Notes: generated by a model not told the origin, from the letters alone. A DNA stretch of 64,000 bases from Cetorhinus maximus (GCF_964194155.1 NC_135907.1:24676001-24740000); one strand, 5' to 3'; numbered from the stretch's first letter, positions 24,890-39,168 are shown. Program-made: numbers and translations.

Positions 24890-26805
24890 GAATTTAAGAG
24901 CTTATATAATTACGTTGAACAGGAAGAGATTAGCAAAAGTAGCAGGACACTTGGACAGTCATAGTATGATCAGACAGAGTCAACATGGATTGATGAAAGG
25001 GAAATTCAGTTTTTTTTTGAGGAAGTAACGAGCAGGGTCGATAAGGGGGAATGAAAGGATGTCTTGAATTTTGGATTTTGAAAAGGCATTTGACAAGATG
25101 TTACTCAAGATGAGGGTTCATGGGATTGGGGCCAAAAAATTAGCATGATTGGTTGGACAGAAAAAGGGATTACAGGAAGGACGTAATAGCTCTGGAGAGA
25201 GTGCAGAGGAGGTTTACAAGAATGCTGCCAGGGTTAGAAAAGTGTAGCTACGAGGAGAGATTGGATAGGTTGGGGTTATTTTCCTTAGAACAAAGAAGGC
25301 TGAGAGGTGACTTGATTGAGGTGTACAAAATTATGAGGGGATTAGATAGAGTGGACAGGATAAAATTGTTTCCCTTGGTGGAGAATTCTAGAACCAGGGA
25401 ACATAGATTCAAGATAAGTGGCAGAAGGTGTAGGGGGGACATGAGGAAGAACTTTTTTACCTAGAGAGTAGTGGGTGTCTGGAATTCGCTGCCCAAGTTG
25501 GTGGTAGAGGCAGAAACTCTAAACTCTTTTAAAAAGTACCTGGATCTGCACCTTAAGTGCTGTGAGCTGCAGGGCTATGGGCCGGGTGCAGGAAGGTGGG
25601 ATTACAAAGGGCACCTGGGTGTCCTCGGGCTGGCATGGACAAGATGGGCCAAATGGCCTCCTCTGTGCTGTAACTTTTCTATGGTTCTATGGATGCCAGA
25701 CTGAAACTATTGGATTGCCACAAGGATCAGTACTTGGGCCGCACCTATTTACAATCCATATCAGTGAATTAAGTGAGAGGACCAAGTGCTACATGTCTAA
25801 TTTCACTGACAATTCAAAGCTAAATGATAAAGGAAGCTGTGAGGAAGGAACAACGAAATTGCAAAAGTTTTTAGACCAGTTAAATTATTGGAAAAGGAAG
25901 TGACAAATGGAGTGTGATGTGGAGAAGCAAGAAATGATCCACTTTGGTAAGAGAATGGAAAAGTAGATTTTAAAAATCTAGTAAATGTTGGTATGCAAAA
26001 TGATTTGAGTATCCTTGTATATGAGTCAGACAGTTGACATGTAGGTACAGCAAGCAATTAGAAAACCAAATGGAATGTTACCTTTATTACAAAGGATAAT
26101 GGAGTATAAGAGTAACAACATTTTGCTGCAATTATATAAGGCCTTGGTGAAATTACCCCTGGAGTTCTGTTTACAGTTTTGGTTTCCGTATCGAAGGAAT
26201 GATTTACTTGTCTGAGGAACATAGAAACATAGGAAAATGGAAACAGGAGTAGGTCATTCAGCTCTTCGAGCCTGTTCCACCAATCAATGTGATCATGGCT
26301 GATCTTCTAACTCAACACCTTACTCCTGTTCTCTCCCCATACCCCTTGATGCTTTTAGTCTGAGAGGGAATGCCATGGAAGTTCACTAGATTAATTCCTA
26401 GGATGAGAGGACTATCCTATGAGAAAAGAATGAGGGGAAGGGGCCTAAACTCTCTGGTGCTTAGAAGAATCTCATTGATGGCTTGACAGGATAGAGGCTA
26501 TTTCTCTGGCTGGAGAGTCTAAAACTAAGGGTTACAGTCTCAGGGTAAGGGTCAGCCATTTGTACTGAGGTGAGGAGGGACTTCTCCACAGAATGTTGTG
26601 AATCATTGGAATTCTCTCCCCAGAAGATGGTGGGTGCTCAGACAGTGATTATAGTCAAGGCTGAGATTGCTGAAGTTTTGGACACTAAACAAATTAAGGG
26701 GATAGGGCAGGAAGGTGGAGTTGAATTTAGAAGGACAATCATGATCGTTGAATGGGGGAGCTGGCTGAATCGGCCTAATTACCTACTCCTGCTCCTATTT
26801 CTTAT
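24890..26805 (+). mobile_element. Old CR1 LINE with nested younger CR1 3' ends (~25168-25692 plus; ~26217-26360 minus)
   Basis: RT motifs; the nested copy ends in a (TTCTATGG)n tail. Confidence 0.85.
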
Positions 26806-26860
26806 ATACTTACCACCAAAAGCAGACATTTCCTTGATGTTTGTGAAGCATTTCCGTGTT

Positions 26861-29800
26861 GGGAAGGCAATGGCGTAGTGGTATTGTCACTGAACTGAAA
26901 AGCAATCCAGAGAGCCAGGGTAATGCTTGGGGTACCCAGGTTCGAATTTGACCACAGCAGATGGTGAAATTTGAATTCAATAAAAATCTGGAATTAATAG
27001 TCTAATGATGACTATGAAACCATTGTCACAAAAACCCATCTGGTTCACTAATATCCCTTTAGGGAAGGAAGTCTGCCATCTTTACCTGGTCTGGCCTACA
27101 TGTGACTAGATCTACAACAACATGGTTGACTCTTAAATGGCCCAGCAAGCCACCCAGTTGTATGAAACCGCTAAAAAGCCTAGAAGGAATGAAACCAGGT
27201 GGACTACCCGGCATTGACCTAGGCACTGCAAATGACAACAGCAAACTCAGCCCTGTTGACCCTGTAAAGTCATCCTTACTAACATCTGGGGACTAGTAAA
27301 ATTGGGAGAAAGCACTGAGGGTGGCAAGGGCACAGAATATACTCTGGGTGGGGGGACTTCAATGTCCATCAACAAGAGTGGCTCGGTAGCACCACTGTTG
27401 GCTGAGTCAAAAGGACATGGCTGCTAATCTGGGTCTGCAGCAGGTGGTGAGGGAACTAACAAGAGGGAAAAAGATACTTGATCTCATCCTCACCAACCTG
27501 CCTGCCACAGTTGCATCTGTCCATGACAGCATTGATAGGAGTGACCACTGCACAGTCCTTGTGGAGATGAAGTCCCGACTTCACATTAAGGATACCCTCC
27601 ATCGCCTTGTGTACCACCGTGCTAAATGGGATAAATTACAAATAGTTCTAGCAACTCAACACTGGTCAACCATGAGGTGCTGTGGGCCATCAGCAGCAGC
27701 AGAATTGCCCTCAACCACAATCTGTAATCTCATGACCCGGTATATCGCCCACTCTATCATTACCACCAAGCCAGGGGAGCAACCCTGGTTCAATGAAGAG
27801 TGCATGAGGGCATGCCAGGAGCACCACCAGGCATACCAAAAATGAGGCTTCAACCTGGTGAAGCTACAACACAGGACTACTTGCGTGCCAAACAGCATAA
27901 CCAGGAAGTGATAGACAGAGCTAAGCGATCCCACAACCAATGGATCAGATCTAAGCTCTGCAGTCCTGCCACATCCAATCGTGAATGATGGTGGACAATT
28001 AAGCAACTCATTGGAGGAGGAGACTTCACAAATATCCCCATTCTCAATGATGGGGGAGCCCAGCACATCAGTGCAAAGGATAAGGCTGAAGCATTTGCTA
28101 CAATCTTCAGCCAAAAGTGCCGCGTGGATGATCCATTTCAGCCTCCTCCTCCAGAGGTTTCCAGCATCACAGATGCCAGTCTTCAACCAATTCAATTCAC
28201 TCCACGTCATATCAAGAAATGGGCTGAAGACACTGGAAACTGCAAAGGCTATGGGCCCTGACAATATTCTCGCAATGGTACTGAAGACTTGTGCTCCAGA
28301 ACTTGCCATACCCCTAGCCAAGCTGTTCCAGTACAGCTACAACACTGGCATCTACTCAGCAATGTGGAAAATTGCCCAGGTATGTCCTGTACACAAAAAG
28401 CAGGACAAATCCAACCCGGCCAATTACCACCCCATCAGTCTACTCTCGATCATCAGTAAAGTAATGGAAGGGTGAGTAATGAACAGTGCTATGAAGCAGC
28501 ACTTGCTTAGCAATAACCTGCTTACTGACTCCCAGTTTGGGTTCTGCCAGGGTCACTCAGCTCCTGACCTCATTAAAGCCTTGATTCAAACATGGACAAA
28601 AGAGCTGAACTCCCGAGGTGAGGTGAGAGTGACTGCCCTTGACATCAAGGCAGCATTTGACCGAGTGGGGCATCAAGGAGCCCTAGCAAAACTGGAGTCA
28701 ATGGGAATCAGGGGGAAAACTCTCTGCTAGTTGAAGTCATACCTAGCACAAAGGAAGATGGTTGTGGTTGTTGGAGGTCAGTCATCTCAGTTCCAGGACA
28801 TACGAACATACGGATGGGGAGCAGGAGTAGACCATTCAGCCCCTTGAGCCTGCTCCACCTTTTAATAAGATCATGTTTGATCTGACAGTAACCTGAAATT
28901 TGCATCTTGCCGACCCCCGATATCACCCCCTTGCTTACCAAGAATCTATCCACCTCTGCCTTAAAAATATTCAAAGACTCTTGCTTCCACCATCTTTTCA
29001 GGAAAAGAGTTCCAAATACTCACGACCCTCTGAGAGAATAAATTTCACCTCATCTCTGTTTTAAATGGGGGCCCCTTATTTTTAAACAGTGACCCCTAGT
29101 TCTAGATATCACTGCAGGAGTTCCTCAGGGTAGTGTCCTAGGCCCAGCCATCTTCAGCTGCTTCATCAATGACCTTCCTTCCATCATAAGGTCAGAAGTG
29201 GGGATGTTCACTGAGGATTGCACAATATTCAGCACCATTCGCGACTCCTCAGATACTGGAGCAGTCCATATCCAAATGCAGCAAGACCTGGACAATATCC
29301 AGGCTTGGTCAGACAAGTGGCAAGTAACATTTGTGCCACACGAGTGCCAGGCAATGCCCATCTCCAATGAGAGAGAATCCAACCATTGCCCTTTAACATT
29401 CAATGGCATTACCATCACTGAATCTCTCACGATCGACATCCTGGGGGTTATCATTGACCAGGAACTGAACTGGACTAGCCATATAAATACTGTGTCTACA
29501 AGAGCAGGTCAAAGGCTAGGAATCCTGTGACAAGTAAATCACCTGCTGCCTCCCCAAAGCCTGTCCACCATTTACAAGGCACAAGTCAGGAGTGTGATGG
29601 AATTCTCCCCACTTACCTTGATGAGTGCAACTCCCACAACACTCAAGAAGCTTGACAACATCCAGGACAGAGCAGCCCGCTTGATTGGCACCCCTTCCAC
29701 AAACATTCATTCCCTCCACCACCGACACACAGTAGCAGCAATGTGTACCATCTACAAGATGCACTGCAGGAACTCACCAAGGTTCCTTTGACAGCACCTT

Positions 29801-30090
29801 CCAAACCTGTGAGCACTACCACCTAGAAGGACAAGGGCAGCAGACAGATGGCAACCTGCAAGTTCCCCTCCAAGCCACTCACTATCCTGACTTGGAAATA
29901 TATCCTTCATTGTTGCTGGGCCAAAATCCAAGAATTTCCTCCCTAACATCACTACGGGTGTACCTACACCACATGGGCTTCAGCGGTTCAAGAAGGCAGC
30001 TCATCACCACCTTCTCAAGGGCAATTAGGGATGGGCAATAAATGCTGGACCAGCCAGTGAAGCCCACACCCTGTGAATGAGTAAAAAAGA
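26861..30090 (+). mobile_element. HER1-like LINE (EN-RT) with an HE1 SINE-like tRNA head; nested CR1 3' end at ~28798-29105 (minus)
   Basis: A-box tggcgtagtgg and B-box ggttcgaat; GDFN, SDH, NYHPISLLS, DIKAAFDRV, PQGSVLGP motifs; HE1/HER1 tail. Confidence 0.88.
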
Positions 30091-30304
30091 AATGGCCACT
30101 GCTTTGTCTACATAGCCAGAGGTGGTAGCTGTCTATTGGGGCGGACGTAATAGATGTCCAGCACTATTGGAAGAGGATGGAGCTACTCCCACTGTCCTGA
30201 CCCATCATGATGAGTTGCTAAGACACTGGAGCATGTTATCTGCAGGACTGAGCCCACCTTTTGCCACTGTCATTAGGGGAGGAAGGTAAAAAGGGAGCAT
30301 GTTA

Positions 30305-30893
30305 GGAACGTAAGAACATAAGAACTAGGAGCAGGAGTAGGCAATTCAGCCCCTCGAGCCTGCCCCGCCATTCAATACGATCATGGCTGATCTCATCTCA
30401 GCCTCAACTCCAATTTCCCACCCTCTCCCCATAACCTTTCACCCCATTACTAATTAAAAATCTGTCTATCTCCTCCTTAAATTTATTCAGCGTCCCGGCA
30501 TCCACTGCACTCCGAGGTAGTGAATTCCACAGGTTCACGATCCTTTGAGAAAAGTAATTTCTCCTCATCTCTGATTTAAATCTACCACCCCTTAGCCTAA
30601 AACTATGGCCTCTCATTCTAGAATGCCCCACAAGGGGAACCACCCGCTCCATGTCTACTTTGTCTATCCCCTTTAGCATCTTATATACCTCATTTAGATC
30701 CCCTCTCATCCTTCTAAGCTCTAGTGAGTATAGGCCTAAACTGCTCAATCTCTCCTCATAAGACAAGCCCCGCATCTCTGGAATCAATCTAGTGAACTTC
30801 ATCTGAACCGCCTCCAATGCAACTACATCCTTCCTCAAGTAAGGGGACCAAAACTGTGCACAGTACTCCAGGTGTGGTCTCACCAATGCCTTG
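30305..30893 (-). mobile_element. CR1 LINE 3' fragment
   Basis: KALVRPHLEYCAQFWSP...RGDLNEVYK...FSQRIVNLWNSLP; tail at ~30305. Confidence 0.92.
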
Positions 30894-31819
30894 TGTTGAA
30901 AATCATTCGCTGGGGTGTTTGTAATGCAAGCCAATGTTTCCCCATGTACAACTTCTGCATTTGAATTACTTCCTCCTGATGATAGTTCCTGAGCCGAAAT
31001 CTTTCTGTTCAATTTTTCATGATGATTCTGCAATTCCTTCTTTTGGTGGGTGAGTACTCTAGCTCCTACTGTTCTGCATGGGTTCACTTACAGGGAAGCA
31101 ATGATCCAAAGGTTGTGGACAGGTGTCCAGTGCTGGCTGAAAGTGGGGTGCAGCAATGTGACCAAGTGATCCAGTTCTGGGTGAAATCACGAGCCCCTGG
31201 CACTGAACACTGGAGCATCTGCACTGACACATGGGCTGGATTTAACAATGGGGAGTTAGCAACCGAAAGTCTACAGGAATGGGTCAAAAATAAACCACAA
31301 AATGTATGTTTCAAATACATGGAAGGGTGTATGTGCGTTCACTCCTGCAGTTGTTGACAGGAAGGAGAATGGTTCCATTTGTGTCCATTGTCAAGTATTT
31401 AGATGTTTAAATTACTGGAGGAAGTTTCCCCCACCAGGTTCACCGTTTACGCCGCTTTTCCTGGAGTTTCCGCGGCTCTTCCGTCGAAGTTACGACCGAC
31501 AAGTGGGAATTAGCACTTTATTCCAACCATATTATCCACCCACCCCAATGAGATTCGGCCCAACCTCACATCATGAGATCGCGATCGGTCCCCACTGCCT
31601 CCCGGGTGGATGGTCCTGCACTGACATAACACCCGGATTACACCCAGATTGGCATAACAGCAAAGCGGAACTGAAACACAGTAGCCTCTCCATGGTCAGA
31701 GCTCCTGAAACAGCAGAAAGGAGAACAGCTGGGCTCCGCTCTGCACCAGAATCCTCCAGCAAAACTCGGTTACACCGCAGAAACCCCACGCAGTCGCACA
31801 AAGTTCAAATGAGATCCCC

Positions 31820-33492
31820 TGTCAAGAAGATATAATAATTCTCAAAATGTTATTGCTATTTATTAGAAAGTAGAGTAATAATGGGATGTGTCTCTGTGGG
31901 TCTTTGAGGCTTAATTGAATTAGAGGCGGATAATCTGGGTGCTTTGACCTAAGAAGAGAGGTTAGGTTTGAAATGTTAATTTGATAAACATGGGGGACGT
32001 TTAGGAACACAGGTGCCAAGGGAACATTTTGAAATAAAGCAGACTAGATTGTTTTCAAAGGGGTGGGTGGAGGTGGTGTTGCTGGTGAAACGTGTCACCC
32101 AGTCAGGTGAAGTTTAGAAACGGTTTGCTTATTTTTCCCGAAGATTACTGGTAGAATTTAATGCTGCGAGAGCATCTCATCACCCTGACTTTGACATGTC
32201 CTGGAGTTCCAGCACTGCGCCTGGGTGCAACTCCTCCAGGTTGCCCCCAAAACAGTTATGTGGGTCTCAGTGTGCCACATGCTGCGGGTGCAGAACCCAT
32301 CTCTTCACCACCCTCTCAGGGTGACCTCGGCATGGGCAATATCTGCTGGCCAACCTAGTGAAGGACACAGGCCATCAATGATTCAGTGCAGTCTCTACAC
32401 TCAGACTGGGTGGTGGGGGGGAAGCCTACCTGCTGGGTTAAGTGACCAATGCCAACATGGTGCTCACCCTTCCCGAACGCAACAGGTCGTTGAAACGCTT
32501 GCGACACTGGATCCAGGTGCTCCGCACCACATTGCGGGAGCTCACCACCCCCGCCACCTCCTCCCAGGCACGTGTGGTCATGTGGGGAGGGGCCTCCTCC
32601 TCCCATCCTGGGGAACCAGGACCTCCCATGGTGCTGCCACCTCCTCAAGGAGGGCAGCAAGACAATCATCGGAAAAATGAGGGGGGGCACAGTGCCCCCT
32701 TGCCCTACCCTCCTGCCTGACCTGCTCACCAGCAGTGATCTGGGGAGCCCTTCCACTGGCCTTGGAAAGACTGCAGCAATGTTTTAAACCAGGCAGCCGG
32801 GTCACCATTGGACCCGGTGGTCATTGCAGTCCCGCTGCTGCCTGCCCACTCCCGCTGTCCTCAGGAGCCGCGATTCACGTTGGGCGGCGTAAAATGGTGG
32901 CACGGACCTGATCGCGGGCAGCGATCGGGTCTGCGCCCGCCCATGCCCGCTCCCGCTCCAACCCCCCAGCCAGAATATTCAGCCTATAGTGAAACAGTGG
33001 GTATTTGCATTCAAAGAGAAAGATATGTATAAAGAAGAAGCAAGGGCTGTGTGTAAGGCAAAGCATTTTTAAGATCTTACAAGTATGAAAAGCCTTCAGC
33101 ATCAATGCCTCAGGCTGCTGCCTTCAAAGGACTGAAGTTAAGAAAACTCACTTGGAATTCGACTTGTTCAGGGTCATGTTTCTTTGCCTGGGTCTTTTAA
33201 AATCGATGTGTCTTACTGTTGCCTTGACGAAATTGTAACTGGGAGTTACATTGATTACAGGATTTAGAAATTATCATTGTAGCAATTTGTCGATCTATGT
33301 ATGTATTTAAAGTCATTTCCTCTGTTAGTAAATGATTACTCTAGTTTTGTAAAAACCTATAAGATTTGGTGGTCTTATTACCACAGGGCATCTCAAAGTT
33401 TATACAAATTGCAGAACAAGTTGTGGCAGTTGTTTCAAGTTTCCCTTTGGGATTTGAACAACTCAGCATTTACCATCGGCTGTGCCATAACA
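31820..33492 (+). mobile_element. Solo LTR related to the Gmr1-type LTR at 48354-55927, interrupted by a Harbinger fragment
   Basis: TGTCA...TAACA ends with CCCC TSD (31816-31819 and 33493-33496); 3' end gttgtttcaagtttccctttgggattt...ccataaca resembles the reverse complement of the Gypsy LTR. Confidence 0.75.
32175..32983 (-). mobile_element. PIF/Harbinger fragment encoding a decayed Myb/SANT-like protein
   Basis: PHFSDDCLAALLEEV... and WEEVAGVVSSRNVVRSTWIQCRKRFNDL; TIR-like end aatattcagcc. Confidence 0.75.
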
Positions 33493-33657
33493 CCCCTGGA
33501 GATCTAAATGTTCAGCAGGGATTGGGTTTCTAACCATTTTAATGAACAAGCACAATAAACTTTCCAGAGTAATCCTCTGATAAAGAGCTGATCTATTTGG
33601 TTGGATTTTTATAGCGATAATTAATTGTATTAATCATGCACTTTTTCTCTGTTACAG

Positions 33658-33687
33658 TTCAAGTTATTGGAAATTGGTCTGTAGCAG
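33658..33687 (+). CDS. Inhibitory-type receptor: 30-nt second leader mini-exon (xQVIGNWSVA)
   Basis: Strong ctttttctctgttacag acceptor, CAG|gttagt donor, open in phase 1-1; split leaders are typical of LRC/FcR genes. Confidence 0.65.
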
Positions 33688-33989
33688 GTTAGTGTTATTA
33701 ATCAGATTGTTAATTAATCCAATTGAAAGTAGTTTGAGTATGGAAAGAGCGAAGTCCAAACTGACCAACAGGAATATTCTGTCCCCCTGGCCTCCTAGAA
33801 GGTGTACACGTTAGTAGGGGACATTGGGAGGCCTTGTGGTGCAGAGGTAGCATCCTTACCTCTGGGTCAGAGCTCCAGGTTCAGTCAGGACTTGGTAGCC
33901 AGAGAAGGCGCGCTCATAATGTGTCAAACAGGTTGATCACCAGCCTGGGAATGCTTATCTGTGCTTCAGCAGTATAAAGAAGAGAGGTT

Positions 33990-36045
33990 AAGTGCCTGGG
34001 CCGCAGCTATTCACAATATATGTCAATGATTTGGATGAGGGAACCAAATGTGATATTTCCAAGTTTGCCGATGACACGAAGCTTGGTGGGAATGTGAGCG
34101 ATGAGGAGGGTGTTAAGAGACTTCTGGGCAATTTAGACAGATTGAGTGAGTGGGTAAATACATGGCAGATGCAGTATAACATGGTTAAGTGTGAAGTTAT
34201 CCACTTCGGTAGGAAAAACAGAATGGCAGAGCATTATTTAAATAGTGATAGATTGGGAAATGTTGATGTACAAAGGGACCTGGGTGTCCTTGTACACCAA
34301 TCACTGAAAGCAAGCATGCAGGTGCAGCAAGCAGTTAAGGAGGTAAATGGTATATTGGCCTTCATTGCGAGAGGACTTGAATACAGGAGCAAGGATGATT
34401 TACTGCAGCTGTACAGGCCCTTGGTGAGACCACACCTGGAGTATTGTGTGCAGTTTTGGTCTCCTTACCTAAGAAAGGATATACTTGCCATAGAGGGAGT
34501 GCAGCGAAGGTTCACCAGACTGATTCCTGGGATGGCAGGATTGTTGTATGAGGAGAGATTGGGTCGGCTAGGTTTGTATTCACTGGAGTTTAGTAAAATG
34601 AGAGGAGATCTCATTGAAACATATAAAATTCTGCCATGGATGGACAGGCTGGATGCAGGGATGATGTTTCCTCTGGCTGGGAGGTCTAGAACAAGGGGTC
34701 ACAGTCTAAGTTACAGGGTAGACCATTTAGGACTGAGGTGAGGAGAGACTGCTTCACTCAGAGGGTGATGAACCTGTTGAATTCTCTACCACAGAGGCTG
34801 TGGAGGCCAAGTCACTGAATATATTTAAGAAGGAAATAGATAGATTTCTGGACTCAAGGTGACAAGGGGTATGGGGAGAGAGTGGGAGTACGGCATTGAG
34901 ATAGAGGATCAGCCATGATCATATTGAATTTGGAGCAGCTCGAAGGGCCGAATGACCTACTCCTGCTCCTAGTTCCTATTTTTATATGTCCCCGCAAAGA
35001 AAAAGGGTGGTACTGCCAAATCTAGAACCTCCTGGTTATGAAGAAGAATATAGGGTAAGATAAAACAGAAAAAGAAAGCTTATGGCAGTCACAAAAAGGT
35101 TAATACTGTAGAAAGGTTAGAGAAGCATAGAAAGTACACGGTAAAGTAAACTGGAAAATTAGGAAAGCAAAGAGAGGATATGAAAAAATATTCGCAGGTA
35201 AAATCAAAGAAAACCCAAAGATGTTTTACCAGTACATTAAAAGCAAGAGAATAACTAAGGAAAGAGTAGGGCCTCTCAGAGATGTAAGTTGTGCATTGAT
35301 GCAGAAGATGTGGGCAGGGTTCTCAATGAGTACTTTGTCTCTGATTTCACTAAGGAGAGGGACGATGCAGACAATCTAGTTAAAGAGTGTGAAGTTTTGG
35401 ATACAATAAGCATAGTGAGAGAGGAAGTACTGGAGGGACTGGCATCCTTGAAGGTGGATAAATCACCAGGGCCGGATGGATTGTATCCCAGGCTGTTAAA
35501 GGAAGCCAGGGAGGAAATAACAGATGCTCTGAGGATCATTTTCCAATCCTCACTAGATACAGGCGAGGTACCAGGGGATTGGAAGTCAGCAAATGTTGTA
35601 CCATTATTTGAAAAGGATGCGAGTGATAGGCCAGAAAATTATAAGCCGGTCAGTCTGACTTCGGTAGTGGGCAAATTATTGAAAACAATCCCAAGAGACA
35701 GGATAAACCGTCACTTAGAAAGGCACAGATTGATCAGAGATAGTCAGCATGGTTTTGTTAGAGGAAGATCGTATCTTACTAACTTTATTGAGGAAGTAAC
35801 AAGGAGGATTGATGAGGGTAGTGTAGTAGATGTTGTCTACGTGGATTTCAGTAAGGCATTTGGCAAGGTCCACATGGCAGACTGGTCAGAAAAGTGAAAT
35901 CCCATGGGATAGAGGGGAAGTTGGCAAGTTGCATCCAAAATTGGCTCGGTGACAGGAAACAAAGGGTAATGGTCTATGGATGTTTTTGTGGATGTAGATG
36001 GATGAATGGCCTCTTTCTGTGCCGTAACTTTTCTATGGTTCTGTG
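33990..36045 (+). mobile_element. Two adjacent CR1 LINE fragments (33990-34985 and 34990-36045)
   Basis: 249-aa and 202-aa RT-like ORFs; CR1 tails. Confidence 0.92.
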
Positions 36046-36405
36046 GTTCCAATATGCCTGATGACAGGCAGTAGGAGTAGGGCAGCAGAAGGGAACTGCT
36101 AATCACTGGAGTATTTTGCCAGACAGAATCTTGGACCAATGGAAGTTCATGGTCGCCAAAACTCTCTTAGGGTTTGTTACAAAGAGGAGGGAACATTATG
36201 CTCCTCTCAATAAGGCTGAGGTTATACTGGGTTACTGCACAGAATTTACAGCACGGAACCTCCCAGCTGTGTTACTGCAGAGACAGCTGCTCCTGGAATG
36301 CAGGTATACTATGGGCTTTCACAGGGAACCAGCTCTGGGTAACACTTCTCTCTTGGCGCAAAGTGAAGATGTGCAGTAGGGTAGGATCCTCGGAGGTAGA
36401 AATTT

Positions 36406-36733
36406 GGGCAGAATCTTCCCGGTCTCACTGAGTCGGCTTTGAAGTGGGGGCATCAGGTCAGTGCCCCTCATGAGTTCCCACCTCCAGCCAATCTTCCCAA
36501 TGCAGATTTAAATATGTAAGCGCCCAGTTTGGGAAGATTGTGGACTCTGCTGAGGTGGCTGGTAGGGGAATGGGTGGGGGAGGGTGGAGAAAATCCTCCT
36601 ATACTTCCATTCTTCACTGGATGGTGGACAGGGAGGCGGCCAATTACGATCACGTCGGCTGGTGCAGTGACGAGTTGGGACCTGAAAATGATCCTCACCA
36701 GTGTTTGTTTTTAAAGCGAGGGAGATTCCACCC
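36406..36733. mobile_element. Probable Harbinger-type MITE
   Basis: Imperfect TIRs gggcagaatcttccc / gggagattccaccc, similar to the MITE at 50992. Confidence 0.5.
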
Positions 36734-36756
36734 TGGTGGCTCAAAGAAAGCAGTGC

Positions 36757-38190
36757 CAGATCCACTGCCCACTATACACAGATCCACTGCCCATTATACA
36801 CAGATCCACTGCCCATTACACACAGATCCACTGCCCGTTATACACAGATCCACTGCCCACTATACACAGATCCACTGCCCACTATACACAGATCCACTGC
36901 CCGTTATACACAGATCCACTGCCCACTATACACAGATCCACTGCCCATTATACACAGATCCACTGCCCATTATACACAGATCCACTGCCCACTATACACA
37001 GATCCACTGCCCGTTATACACAGATCCACTGCCCATTATACACAGATCCACTGCCCATTATACACAGATCCACTGCCCGTTATACACAGATCCACTGCCT
37101 GTTATACACAGATCCACTGCCCACTATACACAGATCCACTGCCCGTTATACACAGATCCACTGCCCACTATACACAGATCCACTGCCCGTTATACACAGA
37201 TCCACTGCCCACTATACACAGATCCACTGTCCATTATACACAGATCCACTGCCCATTATACACAGATCCACTGCCCATTATACACAGATCCACTGTCCGT
37301 TATACACAGATCCACTGCCCGTTATACACAGATCCACTGCCCGTTATACACAGATCCACTGCCCGTTATACACAGATCCACTGCCCATTATACACAGATC
37401 CACTGCCCATTATACACAGATCCACTGCCCATTATACACAGATCCACTGCCCACTATACACAGATCCACTGCCCACTATACACAGATCCACTGCCCAATA
37501 TACACAGATCCACTGCCCGTTATACACAGATCCGCTGCCCACTATACACAGATCCACTGCCCGTTATACACAGATCCGCTGCCCGTTATACACAGATCCG
37601 CTGCCCACTATACACAGATCCACTGCCCGTTATACACAGATCCACTGTCCGTTATACACTGATCCACTGCCCGTTACACACAGATCCACTGCCCATTATA
37701 CACAGATCCACTGCCCATTATACACAGATCCACTGCCCATTATACACAGATCCACTGCCCGTTATACACAGATCCACTGCCCACTATACACAGATCCACT
37801 GCCCATTACACACAGATCCACTGCCCGTTATACACAGATCCACTGCCCACTATACACAGATCCACTGCCCATTATACACAGATCCACTGCCCATTATACA
37901 CAGATCCACTGCCCACTATACACAGATCCACTGCCCACTATACACAGATCCACTGCCCAATATACACAGATCCACTGCCCACTATACTCAGATCCACTGC
38001 CCACTATACACAGATCCACTGCCCGTTATACACAGATCCACTGCCCATTATACACAGATCCACTGCCCACTATACACAGATCCACTGCCCACTATACACA
38101 GATCCACTGCCCACTATACACAGATCCACTGCCCGTTATACACAGATCCACTGCCCGTTATACACTGATCCACTGCCCGTTATACACAGC
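36757..38190. repeat. 21-bp minisatellite (CAGATCCACTGCCCRYTATACA-like), ~65-70 copies
   Basis: Directly visible; the 500-aa ORFs are repeat artefacts. Confidence 0.97.
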
Positions 38191-39168
38191 GCCCAAAATT
38201 CAGTTCCATTGAAGTGAATGGAGTTAAATGCCAGGTCCTGCCAATATCACCCTTCATGCCATCCCTCAAGACCAATTTCTACCCACTCGTCTCCAATTGC
38301 ATCTCCGCCTGGGTAAGCGTCTCAGGTTGAAACTGAATGAAGTTGCCTGTTTGATCCTACATTGGGCCTTAATCCCCAGAAATTTTCATCAAAACCGCCT
38401 ATTTCCAATCATAAAACATTGTTCATCTCCACTTAATTCGACTGTAACCCGCTGCTGAAACCTTTTCCTGTACATTCGCTTTCAAACTCCATCAAATGTT
38501 CAAAGTTCATCTGAAATCCACCGCCGACATTTTAACCCACTCGCTGATAACATTCTCCTCCGTGAACTGTTTTACATCCCCTATCCTCATTAAGTTCCTT
38601 CATGTTGCAGTCAATTCAAAATCACTGCCCTCACTTACCAGAGGAAAATGCCGCTGGCAATATGAATTTTTATTTGCAAAAAACAGAAAATATTGGAAAT
38701 AATCAGCAAGTCTGGCCACACATGCGGAGAGAGAAACAGAGTTAATGTTTCAGGTCAATGACCTTTCATTAGAACAGGAACCTTCCTCTCCCCTAACCTA
38801 CCCTAACCTAACCTTCCCTTCCCTACCCTGCCCTCCCTCTCCTCACCCTCCCCCTACCTAACACTCGCCTCCCCCCAACTAGCCCCCTTGTACCCTCCCC
38901 TATTGCACTCAATCATTCCATGTCTGGCCCCGGTCAGTGGATCAGGCTGAGCGCTTTGTGTGTCATGACAGGTTTGGTTCTGACAGACTGCAGTTATACT
39001 GCACTTTGCGTGAACCAGGAGGCTCCAGGGTGCCCTGACAGCCCTGAACACTCTGTTATTACAGCTAAGTCAAATCTCCCAATGTCCAAAGTGTTATTTG
39101 TTATTTGTGAATGTTTTATTTAGTCCAATGTTTAAGATTTGAATTAACTGGTTTCCTGTTCACTACAG

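Noticed and set aside
33826-33900. tRNA-like sequence (also at 26861 and ~46270)
   Set aside because: SINE heads with A/B boxes but no complete cloverleaf.
36540-38212. 542-, 503- and 308-aa ORFs and a CRISPR-like look
   Set aside because: Pure tandem minisatellite with no unique spacers and no cas genes; eukaryotic context.
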